A DNA stretch of 64,000 bases, taken from contig OZ316897.1 of NCBI GenBank assembly GCA_973895155.1, positions 11,741,832-11,805,831 of the forward strand. Reading direction: 5' to 3'. The stretch is from Marsupella aquatica. Its lineage: Eukaryota; Plantae; Marchantiophyta. Shown in pieces: positions 14,901 through 25,743 of this stretch. The position numbers were made by a program, and so were the translations under genes. The stretch's first letter is position 1; every line of letters starts with the position of its first letter. The notes under the pieces were generated by a model. It had not been told where the DNA came from, did no database searches, and saw nothing but the letters and a program-made list of their open reading frames with translations.

Positions 14901-15238
14901 CTCACACAACCCCATCAAACATCCGGAATTTAATAGTCCCCATGCCAACAATCGCACATTGGACTCCATTTACGATTTCCACAGTACCGGTACAAGGTTG
15001 GTAAGTGGAGAAATACGATTGCGTTGGACACACGTGATAAGAGGAACCCGAATCCAACATCCATTTATTTTCATACACTGAATTCACAGCACCAATACAT
15101 AGCACTTCAGCAGCATCCTCATTGTCAGCAATCACAATACCAGCTGACGATGAGGACGCACCATTGGAAGGAGGACGCTTCTGCTTCAACAAAGAAGGAC
15201 AATTCCACTTGGTGTGGCCCTTCTTATGGCAATGCCAA
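11922..15238 (-). pseudogene. Copia A pol: zinc knuckle, protease, GAG-pre-integrase, integrase, RT, RNase H; frameshifted
   Basis: WHCHKKGHTKWNC, WMLDSGSSYH, LWHARLGH, VHSDIWGP, FVDDYSR, QQNGVA, YKARFVAKG, LYVDDML, STTEAEY, in copia domain order. Confidence 0.95.
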
Positions 15239-15394
15239 TTTTGGCTGAAATTTCCAAATTTGGCGGTTGTTGAGGAATAATTTTTTTGCACGACTTTGCA
15301 AGGGGATACTCAAGGGAGTTGAGCACGGGCTCGTGAAATCGATTTGCATTTAACTATTGCGGAATTTTTCGGGACCTAAGATACCCTACGGGGG

Positions 15395-15663
15395 TCAAAA
15401 CCCTAAACCCTCAAATCTAACAGATGAGGAGTGGGAGGACATGTCGGTGCAAGCGTGTAGCACAATTGAGTTGTTTTTGGCAAACAATATTCTCAAGAAC
15501 ATGTTGGGGATGGATCATAACGCCAAGAAAATCTGGGATATGCTTACTCAGCTATACCAGAGTACTTCGTTGACTACTCGCATTTATCATTTGGAGCAGC
15601 TGTTCAGGTTGAAGTTGAAGGATGGTGGCAACATGCGTGATCACCTTAGTCTCTTTGATGAGC
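15395..15663 (+). pseudogene. Copia gag (UBN2-type) fragment, inverted relative to pol
   Basis: KPSNLTDEEWEDMSVQACSTIELFL...AKKIWDMLTQLYQSTSLTTRIYHLEQLFRLKLKDGGNMRDHL on the + strand. Confidence 0.85.
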
Positions 15664-16316
15664 ATAGGGCAGCGCACTGGCCCTCCTTCACTTTCCCAAA
15701 ACTCTTGCATAGGTCTCCGTGCTGCTCAAAGGTCTATTAAGGGAAAGAAGTCATTGAGTCCCCCATGTTGAGCATAGACGACATTCGTAACGGCAAGCCC
15801 ATGAACCATCCAACGCACAAGAGTTGACACAGAGAGATACGTGGTTCACCTCCACATGAGGCTACGTCCACGGGAACACACAAGAGCTTTACTGCACTCT
15901 AGGCCGACCGGCCATACCAAGCATCCACAGCACAAGCTCTCCCTATCTCTCAACTAGCTCCATAACAATGAGCCTAAGTTCCACCAGGGTCTGGCATCAG
16001 CCCTGGCTATATGCACAACAACACTACCGCTAACATTAGCTAAGTCCTAACCCGAGTTAGACTAACTGTAGTTAGCTCATGAGTCACAAGACTAGAGCAA
16101 TATCTAACAAACTCCCCCTTGACTCTTGTCTTCGGGACTGGACTAAATGCTACCATATAGAATCCTCAGCGAGAAGTTCTAGACAATCACCAAACTAGGT
16201 CTTCCCCTAAAAACCACAAGGGTTAACTAAGGGTTAACTAGAACTAAGCCGTAGCCAAACAGGAATGAGTAATCCATATACAAATAGTCACACATTGCTA
16301 ACTAACTCTACTTGCA

Positions 16317-19300
16317 CTAGAACTGCAAAACCTGCAAAGTAGCACGGTGTCTTGAGAAACTCTTCAAAGGAATCACTTTGGTAAAGGCATCAGCGGGATT
16401 GAGCTTTCCATCAATCTTGACTAGCTCAAAAGTTTTATCAGACACTACTTGCCTGATAAAATGGTACCTGATATCAATGTGCTTCACCTTGCTATCCATC
16501 ACCTGGTTAGCAGCCAAGTGAAGAGCACTCTGACTATCACAGTTTAGAGTCATTTTGCCATGCTCTAAACCCATCTCCGCGATCAACTTATCCAACCAAA
16601 TTGCTTCCTTTGCTGCTTCTGCTGCTGCAACATACTCTGCTTCTGTAGTAGACTGAGATATACACTTCTGCAAGGTAGATTTCCAACTGATACATCCTCC
16701 TCCAAGAGTAAAAATAAACCCAGTTGTAGACCTCCTTGTATCCAGACAGCCTCCATAGTCAGAATCTACATGGCCAACTAACGTTCTATCTGATCTGTTA
16801 TCAAATAGTAATTCATAGTCCTATGTACCCTTGAGATACCTGAGAATCCATTTCACAGCTTTCCAATGTACCTTCCTTGGATTTGACATGAATCTGCTAA
16901 CCTTTCCCATCGCTAGGGCCAAGTCAGGCCTAGTACAAGTCATCAAATACATTAGACTGCCTACTGCCTTCTCATAAGGAATCTTAGCCATCAGACCTTT
17001 CTCCACAGTATCCGTAGGAGAGAAAGCCGATGATAACTTGAAATGTGAAGCTAAGGGAATACTCACTGGCTTACAGTTTTCCATGTTGAATCGTGCAAGT
17101 ACTTTTCTTACATACTGACCTTGACTCAAGCACAACTGTCTAGTATCAGAGTTCCTAAAAATCTCCATCCCTAAGATCCTCTTGGCCTTACCAAGATCCT
17201 TCATCCTGAATTCAACACTCTTGGCCCTTCTTCATAAAGTCTAGTGGCTGCCTCATGAAGATCAACTCTTCCAAGTTGCCATGGAGAAAAGCAGTAACAA
17301 CATCCATCTGATCCATCACCAGACCAAAAAACACAACAAGCTGACACAAGATCCGAATTGTGGAATACTTAGCCACCGGTGAAAAGACCTCATTGTAGTC
17401 CACTCCTTTCTCCTGAGTGAACCCCTTGGCAACAAGCCTTGCCTTGTAGATCTTTTCTCCACCCTCTGAAGGACTGTCCTTAATTCAACTTATAAATCCA
17501 TTTGTTGTCCACCACTTGCTGACCTCTTAGAAGCTCCACCAGCTCCCATGTCTTGTTGTCACTCAAAGATTGCAACTCCCTTTGCATTGTTGCATTCCAC
17601 TCATGCTTTTGCTCTGAAGCACAAGCCTCACTATACGAAGAAGGTTCTCCTTCTTCCAAGATCAAAGCCATGTCATCTTCATCAGGTGCAATGTCAATAT
17701 CATCTAGCTTAGATGAGTCTGCCCATTGACCATACTTGGTAGGAGCTCTAGTAGAACGACTGGAAGTTCTTCTAGTAGATGACTCAAGCTGATCAGCTGC
17801 TGCTGCTGGCTGAATTTGAGGTACCCCAGCAATAATCTCCTCCTCTTGTTCCATCACAGGAACCAGCTCCAAGCCCGGAGCTTCTCCATTTTTCCTGTCA
17901 TGAACTGCATCATGACTAATCTCCCCCTCAACCCGGTCCGGGATGGGAGATTTCCCCTTGTCAGTATGGGAATCCTGAGAACTCTCCCTCTCCTTTGATG
18001 ATCTGGATTTATTAAAGGACACATCTCTATTGACAATTAGCTTACAGGTTACTGGATCCCATAACCTATAACCCTTCACACCTTTCTAATAGCCAAGGAA
18101 AATGCACTTCTTTGACTTGAACTCCAGCTTGGATCGAAGCTGGGAAGGTGTAAGCACATAAGCATCACATCCAAAAATCCTCAGATGTGAGTAATTTGTT
18201 GGACGCTCGTACCTCATTTCAAATGGCGTCTTGAATCCAATAGAACTGGATGGAGAATAATTTACCAAATAAGCTACAATGTTGACAGCTTCAACCCAAA
18301 ACTCATGTGGTAAGCATGATTGACTCAACATACTCCTCGAGCGGTCCAATAGTGTTCGATTGAGTCTCTCAGAATCACCATTCTGCTGAGGAGTATAACT
18401 TGTTGTGAGATGACGGGTAATTCCCTGCTCCTTATAATACATTCCAAATTCACGAGAACTGTATTCACCGCCATTATCCGATCGTAGATATCTCACCTTA
18501 TTATCAGTCTGATTCTCAACTTGGGCTTTCCACTCCTTCAAAGTGGCAAAAAACATCAGACTTACTGTGTAGAAAGTATATCCACACATACCTTGAGTAA
18601 TCGTCTATGAACGTGACATAGTATAACCGTCCAGAATGTGAGGAAGTAGCGGCTGGACCCCACACATCACTATGTACATACTCAAGTACCTCCTTGCTGG
18701 TGTGAGTTCCAACTCCGAAGGGTTTCCTATGCTGCTTCCCAAACACACAGTGCTCACAAAATTCCAACTTACAAGATTGCAAATTAGAAAGTAATCCTTT
18801 TTTCTGAAGAATAGCCAAACCTTTTTCACTCATGTGGCCCAAACGGAAGTGCCATAGCCGGGCCGTCTCCTCATGAGATAAGGTTACATTGGCTTCATCA
18901 CAAACTACACTGCCCTCCAAAACGTATAGATTGTTATGTCTCTTTGCCTTCAATACAACTTTAGTACCAGTTGAAACCTGAAGGACACCATTAGCAGAAA
19001 CTCCATTGATGGCCATTTGCTTCTAAAACTCCAAGTGAAATGAGATTTTTCATCATGCTGGGAATATGTCTCACATTCCTCAAACGAGTCACAGCACCGT
19101 CAAACATTTGAAATCTAACAGATCCAAGTCCAACTACTTGACATGGGGTTCTATTTCCCATCAACACTGACCCGTTGGAAACCGTGTAAGAACTGAAAAA
19201 ATCTCTCCTAGAGCAAATGTGAAAAGTACATGCACTATCTAGAATCCAATCATCACTACCTGGATTTGACACTACGTTGAGAGCATAACCTTGGCATCAC

Positions 19301-19696
19301 AATATGTCATCATCATCTAGCAAAACTACCTCATGCAAGCTCGATGTCGCGTTAGCTGATGCAATAGGGTCCTTTACTCGACAATCCCTCTTCATGTGGT
19401 CGGGCTTGCCACATTTCCAACATGCAAGAGGCTTCCTCTCTTGCGATTTCCCTCTGGATTTAGATCTCCCCCGTGATGTAGATCTAAACTTATTCTGCCC
19501 ATTCGTGCGCTGCGCTGCGCTGCGCTGCTCTTTCCTTGTTCACATTGAGCGCAGTGCCAAAAGAAGATGTTGTCTGTGATTGACCCAGCTTCTTCTGAGC
19601 ATCATCAAACAGTAAAGAGCTCACCACCTCATTATACAAAATGGACTTCAGATCTCTATACAAGAGCACCTGTTTCAAGCCCTGATATGATGATGG
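16317..19696 (-). pseudogene. Copia B gag (3' part)-pol, with stops, frameshifts and an internal RT deletion
   Basis: CWKCGKPDHMKRDC, WILDSACTFH, LWHFRLGH, VHSDVWGP, PQQNG, QMDVVTAFLHG, STTEAEY. The YVDD region is missing at about 17215. Confidence 0.92.
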
Positions 19697-21047
19697 TGTC
19701 CTAGGAATAATGAGCTCTCAAGAACATGCCGGGTGCCTGGCTGCATGTGCTAATTATGCTACTTATCACTTGTAAGAGACCTCATGCTTAGAACCAATTC
19801 CCTTGAGAGCCTTGTCCCCTCCCGGCCATTTCTCGAGTTCCTTGGGTTCCCCTATGCCTCTTGCAGTGTTCTCCCAATAAACTGGGTGGGAAGGGCGTAC
19901 CTTTTTTTGCAAGGACTTCTAAGCACTTTTGGTACCAAGAGATAAGTGTGATCTACTCCAGATAATGGTAATAACACCAGAGTAGTCGGGGCCAAGCCCA
20001 CACTCCACAAATCTCTCCTCCAAGTGATAATCTTCTCTACTTGCTTCTATCAACTCTCGGCTATGATCTCTCTTCTATTACACTATTATGAACACACTCA
20101 CATCCCCACCTGTGCATCTATATAGTATTAATGGATCCGACGACGCGATAATTGCAGTGTATCCTTCTTCCCCAAACTTCTGTGTAAGAACCTGCCTAAT
20201 ATCTACCTTCCTCTTTACTATCAACTTAATGCTCACCGTAGAACGCAAATTTAAAATCTGCGGACTCTCATTCAAATCAATATTGACATTCATACTTCCT
20301 ATTATGCTTACTAACTAAGAGAAGTTCAGCGGCAGAGCCGTCCCTACTTGATCACAGGTTCGTGGATATTATATCTATGGTATTGGCGGCATAGCCGACT
20401 TTGCCAGATTCAAAGCTCCATCTTCAAGGTACTCGAGTGATGGCAGTGCCTTCCATGACCAAGAATCAAGAAACTTAGAACCCTTCCACCATAGAAACCG
20501 ACGGTATAGCCATTCCGTTAGTCCTAGAACCAATGTTCAAGCATTCATCCAATGCAAATGCACACAATATGCGCTCTATGCACTCTCTATCCTCACACTC
20601 ATATGCTTGAAATGCTAGAAAATGGACTCCCTTGGGAGGGCGAGCTTCCCTCTTATTTATAGTTGAAGCCAGACCACACTGGTCCCTTTACAAGAGTATC
20701 CTAGAAGATACAAGAATTAACTAGAACTTACTTTTTACCACGGTAAATTCTAGAACTCATTTTTTTACCATAGTAAATTCTAGAAGTTACCAGAATTTAC
20801 CTTTTTATTATGGTAAATACTAGAAATTACTATTTACTAACGTAGATTCTAGAAGTTATTGGAATTTATTTTTTTACTATGGTAAATTCTAGAAGTTACT
20901 ATTTACTATGGTAGATCTTGAAAATTACCAAGACTTATAATTTTACTTGGTAAAACCCAAAATCTCTTTTTTACCATAAAAACCTCTACTTTTACATTTT
21001 CACACAAAACCAAGCTATTCTCCATATAATCTAATTCCCTTACGACA
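19697..21047 (-). mobile_element. Ty3/gypsy 3' LTR (about 1.35 kb)
   Basis: Termini TGTCCTA...TACGACA; PPT GGGGGTGAA at 21048-21056; minus-strand TATAAATA at about 20654-20661; lies directly after the integrase stop. Confidence 0.8.
20700..20985. repeat. AT-rich degenerate tandem array inside the gypsy LTR
   Basis: About 8 variants of TTTTACYATGGTAAATTCTAGAA. Confidence 0.8.
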
Positions 21048-21084
21048 TTCACCCCCACTGAATCTGTGCAGCCTCCGGTCTGCA

Positions 21085-22876
21085 TCAACCTTCGTCTTCC
21101 TCTTCTTCTTTCAAGTTGTCTAGCACCTCATTTCCTCCAAACCCACTCCTTTGTTTGAAAAGTTTGACTCGTTTCCTTGCATAAGGTGTACGATGCTCTG
21201 TTCCATCCAACTCTCGAATGCTGTAAGTCACATTGTCATGAACCTTAGTCACCACATAAGGTCCTCCCCACCTCATTGCAAACTTCTTAAGTGCCGAATG
21301 TTGATTATCCAAACTGTTGTCTGAAATCAACACCCAATCACCTTCGTGGATGGGAATTGGTCGGAGTCGATGGGTTTTGTCAAAGCGAATCTTGTTCTTC
21401 AAGCGCGCCTCTGTCACCCTCTCCCTTGCAAGCTTTATCATTTCTGGCTTAAGACTGAAGTGCTCAATCCTTCTTGCAATCAGCTCTTCAGTGGAGACCA
21501 GATCTCTCCATTCTATGGTGCGCCAACTACAAACATCTTCCTCAATTGGCATGAGTGGTAGATGCCCTAAAACTAGCTCGACTGGTGGAAACCCAGTGAC
21601 CGAACTACAATTGATTCTATCAGCCATGAGTGCCAAAGGTAGCAATTCAGGCCATAGTGAAGGCTTACCATGACACACCTTCACTAATGCATTGACAATA
21701 GGTGGATGTCCTCTTTCACTTTGCCATTTGCCTCTGGATTGTAAGCTGTGGTTAGCTTGAGGCGAATATGAAATTTTTGGAAGAACTCTCTTGCCTCATT
21801 GGAATCTAACTCTCCACGATCTGCTCGCATTTGGTAGAAGCAGCCATGTTTAGAAATGATATCCTCCAAGATGAATCGACAAACTTGTGAAGTTGTATTT
21901 GATGTCAGTGCTCTTTCCTCCACATATGACGACAAGTCTTCCCTAGCTAGAACTAGGAACTTGGCTTCACGAACTCCCAATGGCATATGAACCAGATCAA
22001 GCACCCATTGAAAGTGAAGTGATAATGGACGAGTTGGCCTTAACCCATCACGATGTCGAATTTTGGAGTAGACTTGATAAATTTCACAAGTCTCTACATA
22101 CCTTCGCACATCCGTATAGACTCCAGACCACCAATATAATCCTCTGACCCTGTCATATGTGGCTTAAACTCCTCGATGGCCAGCTATCTCCTTATCATGA
22201 CATTCTTGTAGAATCATGATCTTGGTGTCTTCATCTCCCACCACTCTCATCGGTATCTAGCTGGTTTGACTTCTTCGCTCGGCGCCATAAGTACCCATCT
22301 TGTAGAAGAAAACTGTAAGACTTCTTCCTAATCTTTTCAAATTCTTCTCTGCTCCATTCTGGATCTTTCTCTAATGTACTAAGATACCTTCCTATAGTGA
22401 GAAGCTCATCAGAGTATAACTCCTCTCTAAAAGTTGGCATCTTTGATACCTCATTTGCTTGTACTCTGCATTCTTCATGCTCATCATATCAAGCTCTAGA
22501 TAGCATATCGGCTACTGGATTGTTCTTTCCTGCTATATGCTTCAGTTCCGGATTAATCATTCTGATGAATGCTATCCATCGTAACATTGCTATATCAGAG
22601 GTATCACAATTTGCAATCATCCCTAATAATGGCAAGCAATCCGTCTCAAGAACTACATACGCACCAATCAAGCTATCTTTCTCTTGTTTTAATGCAATTT
22701 TTGCACCCCACAACTCACGCTTGACTTGAGGGTACCTTCTTTGCCGCTCGGTGAAGATCTTTGCTCCAAATCTCGATGCATATATGTTGCCTTCCTCATC
22801 ATCTTGTCCAAGCGCCCATCCTGTAGCATAAGGACTTGAATCCACCGTGATGATTATCGGCTGCCCATTGGTGCCC
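21085..22876 (-). pseudogene. Ty3/gypsy RNase H-integrase fragment (5' part deleted)
   Basis: IIITVDSSPYATGWALGQ, YPQVKRELWG, HIAGKNNPVADMLSR, WVLDLVHMP, ADRGE, AYNPEANG, GPY motif (RWGGPYVV); RH-then-INT order. Confidence 0.9.
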
Positions 22877-24520
22877 AAGAGTCAACACAGAGAGATACGT
22901 GGTTCACCTTCACATGAGGCTACGTCCACGGGAACACACAAGAGCTTTACTGTACTCTAGGCCGACCGGCCATACCAACCATCCACAGCGCAAGCTCTCC
23001 CTATCTCTCAGCTAGCTCCGTAACAATGAGCCTAAGTTCCACCAGGGTCTGGCATCAGCCCTGGCTATATGCACAACAACACTACCGCTAACATTAGCTA
23101 AGTCCTAACCCGAGTTAGACTAACTGTAGTTAGCTCATGAGTCACAAGACTAGAGCAATATCTAACACCCCATCCCCCCACCTCCATACGTAGCTTTCAT
23201 ACCAGACAATAAAAGCAAAACTGTACTTTGAGCATAGGGCACTCAATGCCCCACCATACCCTCCTAAAGTACCTTTATCCCCTATTTAATGTTGTACTTT
23301 GTACCTAGAGGCTCCCAAGGGAAAGGAGTTCGTATGCCCCCCCTCTTCCTCCTTCTGTACCTGCAAGTACTGTTGTACCTGCCTTGTGCACCTTTTAAGT
23401 ACTCTGTACCGGCTCGTACCTCCCACCTCGTGTTGGCCCTCCCCCTGTCCTCTTGTACCGCAGCTGCCGACGTTCGTGTATAGTCGTACTCACATAAAAT
23501 TGTATGTGATACGAATACGCCCAAAACAAAGTTCTCGGTCCGGCCGCGTTGCCGCAAAAAGTTGCAATGCGGCACCCCAAAGAGAAAAAATTAACGCAGG
23601 AAAAAAACTACTAGGTCACACAAACTCAACGTTTTCTCGAAGAATATGACCCCACAGGACCCACACAAAAGTGACATAAGCCATAGCCAAGAGTGTTAAG
23701 CTCTAAACAACAAACTCAAATTGAGATTACTTTGCACTCTAATGACAAAACATCCTGAAAATTTTGCCAAGATATAGTGCTCGCCGATGCGCACGAGTAA
23801 TCGTTGGACTGTCCTCTTGACAGTACTTTAAAGAACAGAGACACGTCCGACACTCCACGATGAAGCTTCAATCGGGAAACTATCACCGCTTTCAAACACG
23901 AAACTATCAACGCAAAACGACCAGTGAAACGATCATGCAACCGTCAACGACAATTCAATCTTCCACCACGATCCAACACAACGAACGCTCTCACCACTAC
24001 CCAGGCCACCGAACCACAAACACGAGGCTCTGATACCACTTGTAAGAAACCGTTGGCTCCGGACTAGACAGCAATGCGGAAACATGAGAGACACTCAATC
24101 GGACGCTACACCGACGAGACACCTCGAGTGGAAAAACTCCTGAAGGCTCCATAGCAAATGAGAGTACATGTGAAGAATGAGGGAGAGAGTTCTCTCCCTC
24201 CAGCCTATACCCCCCAAGGGGGCCAAGATGAGTGGTCCTAAACTAAGTGGATCTTATCCTAATGTAATCCAGGGTTAACTAACCCTAGTAAGGCCAAACT
24301 AACTAAGTCGGGAACAAGAGTCAATTCCTAATAGGGGTTACAGGCTGTAGTAGGGAGACCCCTCAACTAGCTGGAGCCCAAAGTCTCAATAACCCACAAG
24401 GAAGGCTGGCCAGGGGGTTAAGCTGATAACCAAAGGCAATCATACAAAGGGCTGACTGCATGAGGAGTGCATGCACAATTTGGGAAAGCCCACTACAATT
24501 CGAAGTTTTTCCTCCTCACA

Positions 24521-24572
24521 GCAAAGGAGGATGTGGCAGCAAAGGAGGATGTGGCAGCAAAGGAGGATGTGG
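24521..24572. repeat. 18-bp tandem repeat, about 3 copies
   Basis: GCAAAGGAGGATGTGGCA repeated. Confidence 0.9.
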
Positions 24573-25044
24573 ACAACAAGGGCACTATGGGTGCTAAACC
24601 ATTGTTTTCCAAGGACATTGTGGGAGCTAACCCTCTACGGTTGGGTACTGTCCCTTTCTCTAGAGAACCATTTGCCCTTATAGACATAGTCTCCAGTTTG
24701 GCAATGGATCCACTAGCTCCCAAAGTTCACCATGTGTCTCAAGCTATGGGTCTGGAAATGCTCAGCTATTGACCACCAGCTTGAGGCTTGCCACATGTCC
24801 TCCCAAACTCATCAGGCTTGGCACTGTGCAAGTTCAGATGCGGTTCTGGTTCAAGTACTCCAAGCGCCAGTCCAGGTGTGGAGCAGAAATGACAGACCCC
24901 ATATTCTTGAGATGAGCAATGCATTAATCCAATCATGCCATTTACAAGGCATATCCTCAGTGGATGTACAGATGTGCTATTATGGCACTTCTTTGAAATT
25001 AAGGACTATTGAGGCAAATGCCTGGACCAAGGAGTGATACTGAA

Positions 25045-25182
25045 CCAGGTCTTTTTCAACCTTTTCTTAAGATGGTGGTTTCCTTTGAGTAACAGTTGGG
25101 AGCTGGTTCTGCACCAAGTGTTTTTTGACCACTTCTCAAGATGGTGGTTTCCTTTGAGCAACTGTTGGGAGCTGGTTCTGCA
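25045..25182. repeat. Approximately 69-bp tandem duplication
   Basis: AAGATGGTGGTTTCCTTTGAGYAACWGTTGGGAGCTGGTTCTGCA occurs twice. Confidence 0.85.
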
Positions 25183-25538
25183 GTATCTGCACCTTAGTGG
25201 AAAGAGATATATCTCCCACAATACTGCCTGAAGAGAAAACTTGAGAACCTTCATTTTCTATCGGGTCACTTATCATCAGTCACGAGCCTAGATGGTGAGC
25301 TAGGAGTGGGGGGTCGGTCAACAAAGGCATTTGTGAGATGCATTTTCTCTCCAAAACCTGACGAAAATCCAAAAGGAAAAAATGGAACCGAAGCTAGATT
25401 TCCGCAAGTGGCAAACGGGTTGCCATCGTCAGGTTTTGGGTGTTATGAAGAGCGCATGATCGGGGTATACCAGAAATAGACAGAGTATACCCTGTTGCTC
25501 GCTGTCATGCTCCGACAGCAGTTGATTGAGGCCCTTAA

Positions 25539-25743
25539 ACCACACCTGCCCCTATAAAGGGCTACGGGTAACCCGTAGCTCTCATTTCGAAGAGTACAAG
25601 TTCAGGAATGGGTTTTGAGCTCCACAAAAGGTGTTGACTGCAAAAGTTTTTTTTAGCAAATACTCCACAAAAGGTGCTACTGTTCCACCTTTTATGGTGA
25701 GTAGTGAGACATGGAATGAGTCTTTTATAGTGGTAGGTGTGGT
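25539..25743. mobile_element. MITE with 20-bp TIRs flanked by TTAA
   Basis: TTAA|ACCACACCTGCCCCTATAAA ... TTTATAGTGGTAGGTGTGGT|TTAA (18/20 inverted match); internal palindrome GCTACGGGTAACCCGTAGC. Confidence 0.75.

Larger units (their letters stand above)
15766..23167 (-). mobile_element. Ty1/copia LTR retrotransposon B nested in copia A
   Basis: Complete LTR 15766-16109 (TG...CA) with PPT 16110-16120; truncated LTR about 22877-23167; 5-bp TSD CCCCA at 15761-15765 and 23168-23172. Confidence 0.93.
11559..24333 (-). mobile_element. Ty1/copia LTR retrotransposon A, degenerate and hosting nested insertions
   Basis: LTRs at 11559-11854 and 24041-24333 (14 substitutions plus a 3-bp indel); tRNA-iMet PBS TGGTATCAGAGCC next to the right LTR (about 24026-24038); PPT AAGGTGGAGAT at 11855-11865. 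Confidence 0.95.

Noticed and set aside
20078-20293. 71-aa ORF inside the gypsy LTR
   Set aside because: Short, no domain recognised, surrounded by stops.
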